From: the human T2T-CHM13v2.0 reference genome, Homo sapiens
Direction: 5' to 3' (one strand)
DNA length: 64,000 bases
Assembly (NCBI RefSeq): GCF_009914755.1
Contig: NC_060946.1
The position numbers and the translations under genes are program-made. Numbering within the stretch: position 1 is the stretch's first letter; each line of letters begins with the position of its first letter. Below, in pieces: positions 19,380 to 36,082 of the stretch. Below the pieces are notes generated by a model. It was not told the DNA's origin. It was given only the letters and a program-made list of their open reading frames with translations, and did not search any database.

Positions 19380-20210
19380 GCGAGCACAAGGCTGGCTCCC
19401 GCCCCCGGCTGTGGTCCCTCCTCCTCCGGGGCAGGGTCCGGTCGTGCCAGACGCTCGATGACAGCCCCCGCGGGGGAGGCCAGGCTGGGAGAGGAGAGGG
19501 CAGGGGGCGGGGGCGCCTGACCGCGTGGGGTCGGCCGCGGGTCGATACGACGGCGGGATGAATGGGAGAGGGGAGCGCGGGCGAGAGGGTGAGGGAGGAG
19601 GGGAGGAGGGGAGAACGGGAGAACGGGAGGAGGAGGGAGAGGCCCGAGCAGGGGGCCCGCCCCCGCCGCCCCCCTGGTCCCCGCCCCGCCGAGCGTGCCC
19701 GGCCGGGTCTGCAGCCGTCAGCGCCAAGCGCGGCCCCGCGGCTCCGCCGAGAGATCGATAACTAATTTCACCGCGGTAGCCGCCCCAGTTTTTCCCCGAT
19801 AATTGCGCGCCGGCAGCTGTGAGCGAGGCCCCCAGCGCGGCGCGAAGCCCCTCCCGCGCCGATCAATTGACACCGCCACCGGGCGGCAGGAAAACTCATT
19901 TTTCTTTCTCTCCCCGGCTCCGGGTGGGCGCGAGCTGAGCTCTGCCAAGGGCCGGGGGCTGCTTGGGGCCGGGGCGGGGAGGGAGGGCAGGTCCCGGGGA
20001 GGGGGCGCGGACGCGGGTTTGGGAAAGAGGCTTGCGAGGAATCCGAGGAGGCGGGGTGCCTCAGTTTCTCCACTCTACCACAGGGGCGTGGCCGAAGGCC
20101 TCAGGGACCTGGGGTGCGGGTGGGGCAGTCCTGTCCCCTCTTAGCTGTTGGGATGGCGGACTGGCTGGTGGGAGGAAGGGCTAAGTCAGGCGCCGCGGCC
20201 TGGACGCGTG
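19380..20210. promoter_or_regulatory. CpG island, not at the start of any recognisable gene
   Basis: Very high GC with dense undepleted CpG, GC boxes (GGGGCGGGG) and G-runs; no Alu or SVA origin. Confidence 0.85.
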
Positions 20211-21439
20211 GGTTCTACTCTGGACTCACACCAGGGACCACTTTGTGACGTTGCATCCGTTCCTTCCCTTCGTCTCTTCCTCTCCGAGCCTCAGTTTCCC
20301 CATCTTCCGAAAGGGGCCTGGCATATCCTGGGCAGGCAGATGGTGGATCAGAGGTAGTGAGGTGCCTACAAGGAAATGCTCCCAACAGGGTGGCTTGGAG
20401 GAATCCTCCTTCCTCAGCACTCATGGGCCGGGCACTGTTCTAGGCCGTGGGGGTGGGGATCGAGCAGTGGCCACACTGACAAAGCCCCTACCCTTGTGGA
20501 AGTGACATTCTACTGAGGCCATGGACACGTACAGTACCCAAGTAAGCAGTGAGAAGATGGCACGGGCCACGGAGAAAAATGAAGCAAGGTTGGCAGGACA
20601 GGGCGTGCTGTGCAAAGGCAACGCAGCCCCCAGGACCCACGGTGGGCCTCGCCCCAGGCCCTCCTTGCAAAGCTCTGAACTGCTCACTCCCAAACTGCTG
20701 GTTGTTCAAGGTCATGGGAAACCTGCAGACTTGGCATTCTCCAAGGGAGGTGGGCAGGAGGAGGGAGAGCAAGAGGAAGGAGAAGCCAGGAGGTGGGGTG
20801 GGACAGTCTTCCTCTGGGAGAGTCCCTAAGAGGGCCAGAGAGAGAGAGAGAGAGAGAGGGCTGGGGACTGGAAGACACCAGGGGAGAGCGGGTATGGTCA
20901 GAGCTCCAATGGACACGGTGTCCTGGAGGGTCAGGTCAAGAGAGACTTGTGCTGCTGGCTGGGCTCCAGCTGGGCCAGTGAGGCCTAGAGAAGGGCAGGG
21001 ACTTGCCCAAGGCCGCAGTACATATGGGGGACAGAGATGGGCTCCTAGATCCTGCCACCAGGCACAGAGAAGGGCAAGAGAGGCCAGAGAGGAAAGGAGG
21101 AAAGAGGCTCATGGAGCGGGGGCGCCAGTCTCTGTTTAGAGGGGCCAGGAGCCCCAGTGTGCTTCCCAGAGGCCAGCTAGAGCTTCCCAGGAGCACCATG
21201 GGTGGTGCTGGGACTTCTACAGGACTCAGCATGACTCAAAGGGCCCTGGGGAATGCATTCTGTTCCCCAGTCTCCCACCCTCCACCTGCCAGAATGACAG
21301 AGGCTCCCCCATGGAGGTGAGTAAGCCGGGCAGGGGTGGCGACCCAAGGCTGCTGGGGAAGTGGGGTGTTCCAGGGCGGAGCAAACCTCCTGACTCTCCC
21401 CCTGCCTCGGTTTCTTCATCTTAAAAATGGAGCTGGTGG

Positions 21440-21728
21440 GGCTGGGCGCCGTGGCTCATGTCTGTAATCCCAGCACTTTGGGAGGCTGAGGCAGGCGGAT
21501 CACGAGGTCAAGAGATCGAGACCAGCCTGGCCAACATGGTGAAACCCCATCTCTACTAAAAAATACAAAAATTAGCAGGGCGTGGTGGCAGATGCCTGTA
21601 CTCAGGAAGCTAAGGCACGAGAATCGCTTGAACCCAGGAGGCGGAGGTTTCAGTGAGCTGAGATCACACCACTGCACTCTAGCTTGGGCGACAGAGAGAG
21701 ACTCTGTCTCAAAAAAAAAAAAAAAAAA
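21440..21728 (+). mobile_element. AluS-type SINE
   Basis: Full Alu with TSD AAAAATGGAGCTGGTGG on both sides. Confidence 0.92.
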
Positions 21729-23291
21729 TGGAGCTGGTGGTGGGGTGCTGAGATTCTGTCAATCTTTCTTCCCTCCAGATTCCTGGCATGCCCAGCCCCA
21801 CGTCTGGGTTGAGAGTAGTGACTCAGAAGAAAATGAAGGCTACTGCTAGCAACCAAATGAGGTTAGTGGGAGGACTGGCAGGACGCGGTGGGCTGGGATT
21901 CCGAACTGCGCATAGTTAGGTCTCACCCGCCTGTAGCCCCGTCTATCCAACCACTTAACATTTACTCATCGTTCAGCAAATATTTAGTGAAGACCACCTA
22001 TGTGAGAGGCACTATGGAGGGCAGTGGGTGTAAAGTCCCCCCTCTTCCCCATCTCCTTCCTCTCCCCACAACCCCCATGTCTCCACCTTCATTTTCTTTT
22101 GAGGTATGGTCAAGGGAGGACTGGATTGGGAGTCAGGAATAGACTCAGGCCAGCTGGTGACCTAGGCAGGCCCCTTGCCTTCTCTGTGCCTTGGTGGACC
22201 AATGGTCATTAGTGGACTCTGTGTCCTTCCTGAGAGAGGAGGGCCCTGGGTTAACAGCAGCTCTGGGCCGGGGGCCTCACCCCTGGATCTCATTCAGTCC
22301 CCATGAAGTGAGATGAAGGAATGGAGACCAAGATTTCACCCAGGGTCCCATAGCCAGGAGGGGAAGAGGGCAGAGCTCAGGTCTGTCTGACCCCAGAGCC
22401 CTGCCTGCTTGTCTGAGCTGGAGGGGAAGTAGTGCCCGTCGGGAGAAACTTTCAGATCCTGGATAGATCCGGGATGTGGGGTAGGGACTAAGGTGCTCAG
22501 AGTCCCCTTGTCCTGCCCGTCAGTTAGTGGCTTTGGCCACCAGCCATCTCAGAAAGGATGTTGGTCAGAGAAGCAGCTGCCCCAGAAGGCCATGCGGGGT
22601 GACCTTGGCCTCCTCGATGTTCCCTGGGCCAGCACAGGCACAGAACGAGCCTCCTTTTGTAAAGAGACGTGCACTCACTGGGTCAGCAGTGAGGCAGGGA
22701 GGACAGCCTCACAGCTACGAGCACGGGTTTTTTAAGGCTGGTCACCAACCCAGCTCTGCTGCCTGCTAGCACTGGGCCCCTGGGCAAGCTGCCTCCTCCC
22801 CTGAGCCTCAGCCTTCCCATCTGTAAAATGGGCATAGTGGCAATTCGGTAGACCCACTGTGCTAGATCCTGTGCTGAGCCCTCTCTGTATCTGCACACTG
22901 AGCCCTGTGAGCAGCATCCCCCTCTTCTATAACCCTCGTGCTTCTAGTCCTCGCCTCAGAGTCCAGCCACGGCAGCAGTTCTGCGCCGCCTGACAGATCT
23001 CCATGCCTCCACTGCATCCAGAATGCAGCTCTGAATGCCCCATCTGGAGATGTGGGATCCTGCCCACCCAGGCCCCAGACCAAGGGACACAGTTTATGGC
23101 GAGGGAGGATCCCAGTGAGCACATGAGCGTGATGCCCACCAGTCTCACCCTGGAGCCTGGGCCTGATGGAACGTAGGGGCAGCCAGCTTGTGCTACACCC
23201 CGAGCACAGAGCCAACAGCCAGTGCCAGGTGCTGCATCCCCAGAAGCTGGAACACATGGTCCAGGGACAAGTTGTAGAAATAGGATTGCCC

Positions 23292-23768
<477 letters not shown>

Positions 23769-24445
23769 TCATTGAACTCAAACCTGTGACTACATCTGTT
23801 ACACTGGGGTCTTTCTGCCAAGGACCAGGACTAACATGTAAAGAAAGGGGTTTCCACTCAGGGTGGGTTCTAAGCTCTTCTCGGTCACCTTCTAGCATGA
23901 AGTCTTTGCAGGTACTGCAGATGCCAGCACCTCAAAGGGGCCTCTGATGGGTGGACCCAGTTGGTGGCAGGGGCGGGGCTGAATGCTGCCAGGTGGGCAC
24001 TGTGTTGAGCAGCTCGCCTGAATGGCTTCAGACCTCTTGGCTTCACCTCCTAATCCAGGCCCAGGTGCAGTAAACAGACCTCGCAGGCTGTGACAAGCTC
24101 CATGTGGCAGAAAGCTGACAATGGCCTGCCCTAGGCCCCTGTGCTTGCCTCTCGCTTCCAGTCCGGGGCTTTGCTGATGCCACAGTGTGGGATCCCCCAA
24201 CCTCCACCCCTCCACAGTAACCCACTCAGCAGTTACACACGCTCAACTGCAAGTGCAAAGGCATGAACACCCTACAGGCCAGCGTTTCCTCAAAGGCGGC
24301 AGAGCCCTGGAAGCAATGCTCTCTCCTTTCTTCCCCTTGGCGGATGGTTCTGAGATGCATTTTGTAAGGCAGCTCCGGTGATCCTGCGGGATCTGGCACC
24401 CCGGCTTCCATAATGGTGAACTCAGCAATGTACGTTTGCATTGGC

Positions 24446-24801
24446 TTTTTTTTTTTTTTTTTTTTTTTTTGAGACAGTCTTGCTCTGTCACCCAGGCTGG
24501 AGCGCAGTGGTGTGATCTCGGCTCACTGAAACCTCCATCTCCCAGATTCAAGTGATTCTCCTGCCTCAGCCTCCCAAGTAGCTGGGATTACAGGCACCCG
24601 CCACCACACCCGTCTAATTTTTGTATTTTTAGTAGAGACGGGATTTCGCCATGTTGGCCAGGCTGGTAATTTTTGTATCTTTAGTAGAGACGGGGTTTTG
24701 CCACGTTAGCCAGGCTGGTCTCTTAACTCCTGATCCAAGTGATCCACCTACCTCGGCCTCCCAAAGTGCTGGGATTACAGGCGGAACCACTGTGCCTGGC
24801 C
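24446..24801 (-). mobile_element. Alu with an internal ~51-bp tandem duplication
   Basis: AATTTTTGTAT(T/C)TTTAGTAGAGACGG...CCAGGCTGGT occurs twice (about 24617-24719); TSD TTTGCATTGG. Confidence 0.88.
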
Positions 24802-24949
24802 TTTGCATTGGTTTTCTTGCTGCTCCTGTTTTGCTCTCCCCCTCCCCATCCCTCAGTCTTGCCTCTGGGAGTACTCGTCCCAAACAAGCTCCAAGTACAA
24901 CAGCCTTTCTTTGAGGCCTGCTTGCAGGGAGCCCAAGCCAAAACAGATG

Positions 24950-25510
24950 TTACAGGCTGGATTGTGCTCCTCCAAATTCATACATTGAAGTCCTAACCCC
25001 AGTTCGTCAGTATGTGTCTGTATTTGGAGATAGGGTACTATGGTCTGAATGCTTGCATCCCACCAAAATTCAGGTTGCAACCTAATCTCCAATGTGATGG
25101 TATTATGAGGTGGTGGCATTGGAGAGGTGAGAGGCTCTGCCCTTACTAATAAGATTAATGTCTGTATCAGTCCATTCTTGAATTTCTGTGAAGAAACCCT
25201 GAGACCAGGTAATTTATAAAGAAAAGAGGTTTGATTGGCTCACGGGTCTGCAGGCTGTACAGGAAGCATGCTGGCATCTGCTCAGCTTCTGGGGAGGCCT
25301 CAGGAAGCTTCCAATAATGACGGAAGGTGAAGGGGGAACAGGTGTCTCACACGGCCAGAGCGGGAGCAAGAGAGAGTTGACAGGGAGGTGCCACACACTT
25401 TTAAACAACCAGATCCCACGAGAACCCACTCAGTATCAGGAAGATGGCACCAAGTCATGAGGGATCCACCACCAACCAAACACCTCCTACCAGGCCCCAT
25501 CTCCAACTCT
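24950..25510. mobile_element. ERVL-MaLR LTR fragments (MLT1/MST/THE1-like), truncated by an Alu right arm (25512-25680)
   Basis: Motifs AATTTATAAAGAAAAGAGGTTTGATTGGCTCAC, GGGGAGGCCTCAGGAAGCTTCCAAT and GTATTTGGAGATAGGG. Confidence 0.75.
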
Positions 25511-26344
25511 GGGGAGGCTGAGGCAGGAGAATCGGTTGAACCTGGCAGGCGGAAGTTACGGTGAGCCGAGATTGCACCATTGCACTCCAGCCTGTGCAAC
25601 AGAGCCAGACTCCGTCTCAAAACAACAATAACAACAACAACAACAACAACAACAAAAAAAAAACAGAAAAAAGAAAGAAATGATGGAGCACCTATTACCC
25701 TTCTTGCACTGGTTCCTGGGGAGCTCAGAGCCTATTTTTTGAAAGTGTCCTGATCCTCTTGCAGGCCTTTCATGTGTGTTTCCTTCCTGGCTTCCTCCTG
25801 TTTTTCTCACACCTCTGAACCTGCTGTCAGGTGAAAAATCAAGGTGGGCCCAAAATGTAAGAGCTCATGAATTTGATGGTGTTGGAGTGTCCTGGACAGT
25901 CCAGCCCTCAGGGGTGGGGAGCTGGGCAGAGAGGAAGGAGGGCATTCCAGGGGCCAGGGCTAGAAGCAGAGGGACTCCAGGCCCAGAGTAGGATTTCCAG
26001 GCTGAGGAAAGAGAGGCCGTGGGTGGGTAGAGGGTCCAGACCAGGACAGGGACACAGGGTGTATCTGGAGGCTCAGTCAGAAATAGCTCCCTCTAGAAAG
26101 TAGGCAGCGAGTCGGGGATTGAGCTGCAAGGAGGAAGGGGAGGAGGGAGAGAATGGAGGGACTGGTGTCCAGTGAGCCGACTCCTATCCTGGCCTATTTC
26201 CCCAGGGGACACCCCTGGGAGACTGTGATCCTCTCCTCCAGGCTACTTTCCCACTGGTGCCAGGATTCCCCCAACGCCACACTGAGAACCCAGGAGAAGC
26301 ATCACATTATATGAGAGATAAGAAATGAAGAGAGGGAGCAGGAT

Positions 26345-26484
26345 TTCTGGTTGACAAAGAGGGTATTTATTTAGGGTTTACTGGGTACAGGGAGAAGGGC
26401 TGGATGGCTTGGGATGCAGAGAGAGACCCTTCCCCTGGGATCCTGCAGCTCCAGGCCCCTTTGGGTGGGGTCGGGGCTGGGAAC
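26345..26484 (-). other. IGLL1: IGLL1 3'UTR with polyA signal AATAAA (TTTATT at 26366-26371 on +)
   Basis: Ig-lambda-constant-like 3'UTR directly after the TAG; cleavage site is approximate. Confidence 0.85.
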
Positions 26485-26804
26485 CTATGAACATTCTGCA
26501 GGGGCCACCGTCTTCTCCACGGTGCTCCCTTCGTGCATGACCTGGCAGCTGTAGCTTCTGCGGGACCTCCACTGCTCGGGCGTCAGGCTCAGGTAGCTGC
26601 TGGCCGCGTACTTGTTGTTGCTCTGTTTGGAGGGCGTGGTCATCTCCACGCCCTGGGTGATGGGGGTACCATCTGCCTTCCAGGTCACCGTCAAGATTCC
26701 CGGATAAAAGTCATTCATGAGACACACCAGTGTAGCCTTGTTGGCTTGGAGCTCCTCAGAGGACGGCGGGAACAGAGTGACCGAGGGGGTGGCCTTGGGC
26801 TGAC
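26485..26804 (-). CDS. IGLL1: IGLL1 exon 3 (C-lambda-like Ig constant domain)
   Basis: Acceptor ACACAG|GTCAGCCCAAG. Encodes [45 protein letters not shown]...[22 protein letters not shown]; 320 nt. Codon 142 is CCG (Pro), as in the functional gene. Confidence 0.98.
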
Positions 26805-28185
26805 CTGTGTGGACAGAGGAGGGGGTGAGAGATGGCAGAGGGAGTGTGGGGTGTTGTGGAGCGCCTCTCTCTGTCTAAAGTCTCTGGGAGGGTTCATGGT
26901 GTGGCCGCCTGGTCCACCCAGGGCCTCTCCTTCCCTCCTCATTCCCTCCTTTCCACTGGAGCCCTCTGGAGAGCAGACAGCCCTGTGCCTTCCTAGGAGC
27001 CCTTCCCAAGTCACCTTTCCCAGGTGTCCTGGCCCAGCCCTTTCCTCTGCAGCCTCAGTTTCCCCGTGTGCACCCAGGGCAGGCTGTGCTCCCTCCTTCC
27101 TGGTTTCTGGAGTCTGAGTTTGGAATCTAGGGGTCTCCCTCACAGCACACAAAACTATACTGGCAGGATGTGGGGAGACCCAAGCCTGGCATGGCCTGGA
27201 GCTTCCCATCCCCTGGGGCACCAGGCTGTGCCCCAGCCTGGCCCACTCAGCTCTCCTGGTGAAGCGTGGGCTCCACCCAGACACACCCTGGGGCTCTGCC
27301 GTCGCCCCTGTCCCCACCAGCCCGACCACAGGACCCTTCACAGCAGCTGGGTTCTTGGGGCTGCTCCCCCAGACTTTGGGGCACCGCAGCCCCCATGCCC
27401 ACCCCAGCAGCCTCTGATGCCCCTGGACTTCACCTGGCAGCCATGGAGTTCTCTGCACTCCCGTTTACTCCCCGCTAGTCACCTTCTGAGTCTAAGGTGC
27501 CCTTCCTCAAATGAAGGTGGGAGGTCGACCCATGAACAGAGAGACACCAGGCCCCAGAGATGACAGGGCTCCAGGGACAGGCACATCTCTGCACTAAGAG
27601 ACCCTCTCCTTTCTGGTGACTGTCCTGGGAGGGCTGGGCTCTGGGACCTCATCCGTTCCTCTGTGTCCCCATGCCCTGAAGACCCAGCAGAGGCCACAGA
27701 GCTGCAGCCTAGACCCAGAGCCCTCTCTGTGCCCTCCATTGGTCTCCCCTGGGGGTGACCCCTGTGTCCCCAGGCCCCCGTGTGGCCCTCCCAGGCTGGA
27801 TGGGCATCCAGCCCTCAGCCTAGAACCTGGGGTCCCAGGGACTGTCTCTAAGGCCACTGCAGGGCCCCTCATCAGAACCAGCCTCTGTCCCTCACTCAGA
27901 CATCTGCCCTGGGAGAGGGGAGGAGCCCTGACCCCGCCCAATCCCAGCCCAGGCCCTGGGACCAGGCTGTGTCCTGCTGTTGGAACCTGAAGGCGGCTGC
28001 TCCCACTGTGGGGGCCCTTCCTGCCATTACCCTGAGACTAACACATCTCCTCCAGGCCCCATGGACAAAGGTAGGGGTCAGTGCTTAAGGCTGGGAGGGC
28101 AGAGGGGAAGAAGCCCCAGAGAGAGAAAACACATTTTCCAGAGACAGGAGAGGGTGGGACAGCCTGGGAAGTTAGAGCCACTTAC

Positions 28186-28301
28186 TTAAAACGGTGAGCT
28201 GGGTCCCGCTGCCAAACACATGCGTCACTGAGTTATGCTTGGATTGAAACCCCCGGGGCCAGCACCTGGGGCCAGTCCAGGAGCCGCGCTGGAGCAGGAA
28301 C
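28186..28301 (-). CDS. IGLL1: IGLL1 exon 2 (unique region + J-like segment)
   Basis: AG acceptor at 28302-28303 and donor TTAA|GTAAGT. 116 nt encoding FLLQRGSWTGPRCWPRGFQSKHNSVTHVFGSGTQLTVL (FGxGT J motif); phases match exons 1 and 3. Confidence 0.97.
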
Positions 28302-28769
28302 CTGCTGGGAGTGAGGGGCACAGGGCTGCAGTGTGTAGGCTGTGACCCAGGCACAGGGTAGGGGGGTGGCCAGTGTCCCAGTAGTGTCCCCCAGTAGTGT
28401 CTCTGTGCCTGTCCCTTCTCTGAGGCAGGTGCTGCCCCAGCGTGTGTCCCCCTCTCTGAAACTGTTGGTGCTGATGGCAACGCTGGGCCCAGTAGGTCCC
28501 AGCAACTCCCTGAGTGACACATCCCCTCAGGCAGCTGTGCCGTGTGGCTGAGGAGTCCTCAGCTGGCTCGGACCTGTCCACCTCACTTGGCCTCATTTTA
28601 AGGGCCTCTGAAATCTGCCACAAGTGTCCCCAGTCAAGGAGGCTGACTTCCTCCCTGGACCAGGACATTGGGTCATTCCTGACTCAAGAGGAGAGTCCTC
28701 TGCTTTTATATCTACCCATGGAGATGCAGCTCAGTCTCACTTTGTTCATGAAGCCTTTTCTGATCATTC

Positions 28770-28905
28770 ATTCCATCCGTCCGTCCATCCATCTGTCCAT
28801 CTGTCCATCTATGCATCTGTCCATCTATTCATCTGTCTTTGCATCCATCTATCATCTGTCCATTCGTCCATCCATCTACCTGTCCGTCCATCCATAAATC
28901 CATCC
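28770..28905. repeat. (CCAT/CTGT)n simple repeat in IGLL1 intron 1
   Basis: Repeated TCCATC and TGTCCATC units. Confidence 0.8.
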
Positions 28906-29504
28906 TGTCTACCAGGCACTGTGTGCTGGGGACATGGTGTGGTCCCCCAGGCTCTCACCCCCATCTCTCCCAGGCCATGGTCAACAAGGCCCTCCTCATG
29001 GTCATGTCCAAGGTCCTTCTGCTGTACCTGGTGTCTCCGCTGGATGCGACACAGGGCTGGCCCCTCTTTCCAGTGACTCTTTTCCCCTTGGGGTCTGAGA
29101 CTCCCCTTTCCTCTTCCCCTGGCATCTGTTTCTCCATGGCCCATGCCTGGCTGCTGACTCCCCAGACCCCACCCAGACCTCTTTCTTAGCCATTTTCACA
29201 CTCTGTGACCCCCACTATTGCCCACATGGTGAGGCTGGAGTCTATCCCAGCTCCAAACCCTCTCAGCTCCTCAATTGCCTACTGACCTTGCCCAGTGGGC
29301 TACCCAACAGGAGCCTCAAACTAATCACGTCCAGAGGAGATGACCACCTTCCCCCAGCCCAGCTCATTTTCTGTCTTCATCTCATCACAATGACCATGGG
29401 CGGTCTCAACCCCTCAGCCAGAAACCTGGAGTCCCTGGACTCAGTCACCTCGCCTCCCACACTGAAATGGCTTCTGCGAACTTAGCTACTGCATCTAGAC
29501 ATTC

Positions 29505-32220
<2,716 letters not shown>

Positions 32221-33203
32221 TCAGGTCCCAGAGATGCACGTGTCCGCTCGATCAGCTTAGAGGATGGGACAGGGGAGAGCTAGAGGGGATAGCTTGGGCC
32301 TTAGAATCTGTGCCCATGAGCTGAGTGACTCGGACGGGTCACCTCACCTCTCCGGGCTCTATCCCCGTCTGCACAAAGGGGATCACAGCAGGACCTGCCT
32401 ATGGGGCCACCGAGAGGGAGGTTCTGCCCCTGAAATGATTATCGCCTGTGGGTATAACATGCACCAGTGAACAGGCTGTTGTGTCCCAAATGCTCATAAA
32501 TGGACCCCGATGCTTGGTGCTTTGTCTGGGGACCTCCCACCACACGCAGAGTGGTGGCAATGGCTGAGGTCACACAGGGAGTTGTGGCCTCCCTAGAGCC
32601 TCTCCTGGGCTTCTTCTTTGGAGGCACTTGCACCCTGGATAAGCTTGTGTCTCCTAGGGGCTGGTTTCAGGAGGCGATGCTGGCTGAGGTCTAGTGACCC
32701 AGGGACTCCAGGAAAGGCCCCTCACACCTTAGCTGGAGCTCCAGGGAGTGGCCCCTGCCCAGTGAGGGTGGGAGTGGACAGGTGACATAGGCCAAGGGGA
32801 AAAGAGGAGGGGGGGGAGGAGGAGTGGGAGGAGGAGGAGGGAGAGGCCTGGGCATCCTTCAGGGATAGCGGCCACCACTCCTGTGGACGTCCTGCCCCTG
32901 CCTCCAGTCCTGCCCTACCCCAAGGACTAGGGGGAGGTGAGGGAGACATTGGCCTTGGTGCCAAATGTAAGTGGGGGAAGAAATCTCAGGAATCAAGATA
33001 AATAATATTTTAATATGACATTAAGCAATAAAAATTAATTCAAAGATGGACAAAATCTTGACACTTTAGTTAAAGTCAGTGTCTGTGGCTCCCCTCCAGG
33101 GATTAACCTTCCTCCTCACCCCTCTGGCTCGTCTCCCCTTGGTCATCCTTTCCCGCCTCTGCCACCCAGACCCCCACATCCCCTGGAATCTCTCACCCCT
33201 TAC

Positions 33204-33409
33204 CTGCCCCACCGGCTCCTCAGGCTGGACCGGCTGCTTCCTCCAGGGGCTCCAGGGCCCAGGGCCCTGCTCTGCGATGCAGCTGTTGGGCGCAGCAGGC
33301 CATGGGTTACCACGGCCAGACCCAGCAGCAGCAGGGGCCAGCGCTGCCTGAGGTTGGGGCCTGGCTCACCAGGGGCCTCAAGGCCCCCCTGGCCTGTCCC
33401 TGGCCTCAT
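33204..33409 (-). CDS. IGLL1: IGLL1 exon 1 (leader + unique region)
   Basis: ATG at 33409: MRPGTGQGGLEAPGEPGPNLRQRWPLLLLGLAVVTHGLLRPTAASQSRALGPGAPGGSSRSSLRSRWG(R). Donor CAG|GTAAGG. 206+116+320 = 642 nt = 213 aa + stop. Confidence 0.98.
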
Positions 33410-33439
33410 CGGCCCTCAGGGTCAGAGGTCCTTGTGGCC

Positions 33440-33990
33440 TGACTTGCAGTGTGGGCTCCCTAGAGAGTGGTGCCCTGGTCCCTCTCGCTGGCAGCAGCTG
33501 TCCCATTGCACCCCAGTCCATGTGGCCCCATCCTCATCCTCTGGTCCCTGCCCCCAGCCAGGCCCCTTCCAGAGTCCATGACCGTTACCCCTGGGGTTCT
33601 GTCCCAGAGGCACATCTGCCAACTGCCCTGCTGTGGTCAGGATCCAGGGCTCAACTGCCTCCCACACCTGTCAGCTTGGCCTTGCCCCTGGGGCCCTGGG
33701 TGCTTTGTTTGGGGACCTCCCACCACAGGCAGAGGGTCAGCAAGAGCTGAGGTCACACAGGGAGGTGGGATGCGCCATGGCCCCCCAAGACCCTCCCTTG
33801 GGGCTTTCCTTTGGAGGCACCTGCGCCCTGGATGGGCTTGAGTCCCCTCGGGGCTGGTCCCAAGAGGTGATGCACCTGACTTCCCTCCTTCCCCACTTCC
33901 CCGAGGGCGCCCTGGGTCTGTGGAGCATCTCACTGGGGTCCAGAGAGCTGCCCAGCAGGAGTCCCCCAGGGCTTGAGCTCAGGGGCCTGG
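33440..33990 (-). promoter_or_regulatory. IGLL1: IGLL1 5'UTR / TATA-less promoter with clustered EBF1-like sites and E-boxes
   Basis: CCCnnGGG sites near 33588 (CCCCTGGGG), 33686, 33794 (TCCCTTGGGG), 33845, 33900 and 33964. E-boxes CAGCTG (~33495), CATCTG (~33613), CACCTG (~33665, ~33818, ~33873). EBF1/E2A control of lambda5 is established knowledge. Confidence 0.75.
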
Positions 33991-34189
33991 GCTGAGGCTC
34001 CTCCAACCGGTCCTAGAGGGAGGTGTGGTTAGAGAGCAGGAAACAGGTTTGGGTTTAGCCAGAAGCCACTCAACGGTTCAAGTCCAGGAATCATGAGATA
34101 AGAATGAAAATGCTGTTTAATGCACCATGTTCAGCACCTCACTGACCTCACATCACACAGACACACACACACACACCAACCACCCCAGC

Positions 34190-36082
<1,893 letters not shown>

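Noticed and set aside
26485-26804. A rearranging IGLC segment or an IGLL pseudogene
   Set aside because: It has lambda5-specific residues ([12 protein letters not shown], Pro142), joins intact exons 1-2 in frame, and the J-like part lacks a functional heptamer.
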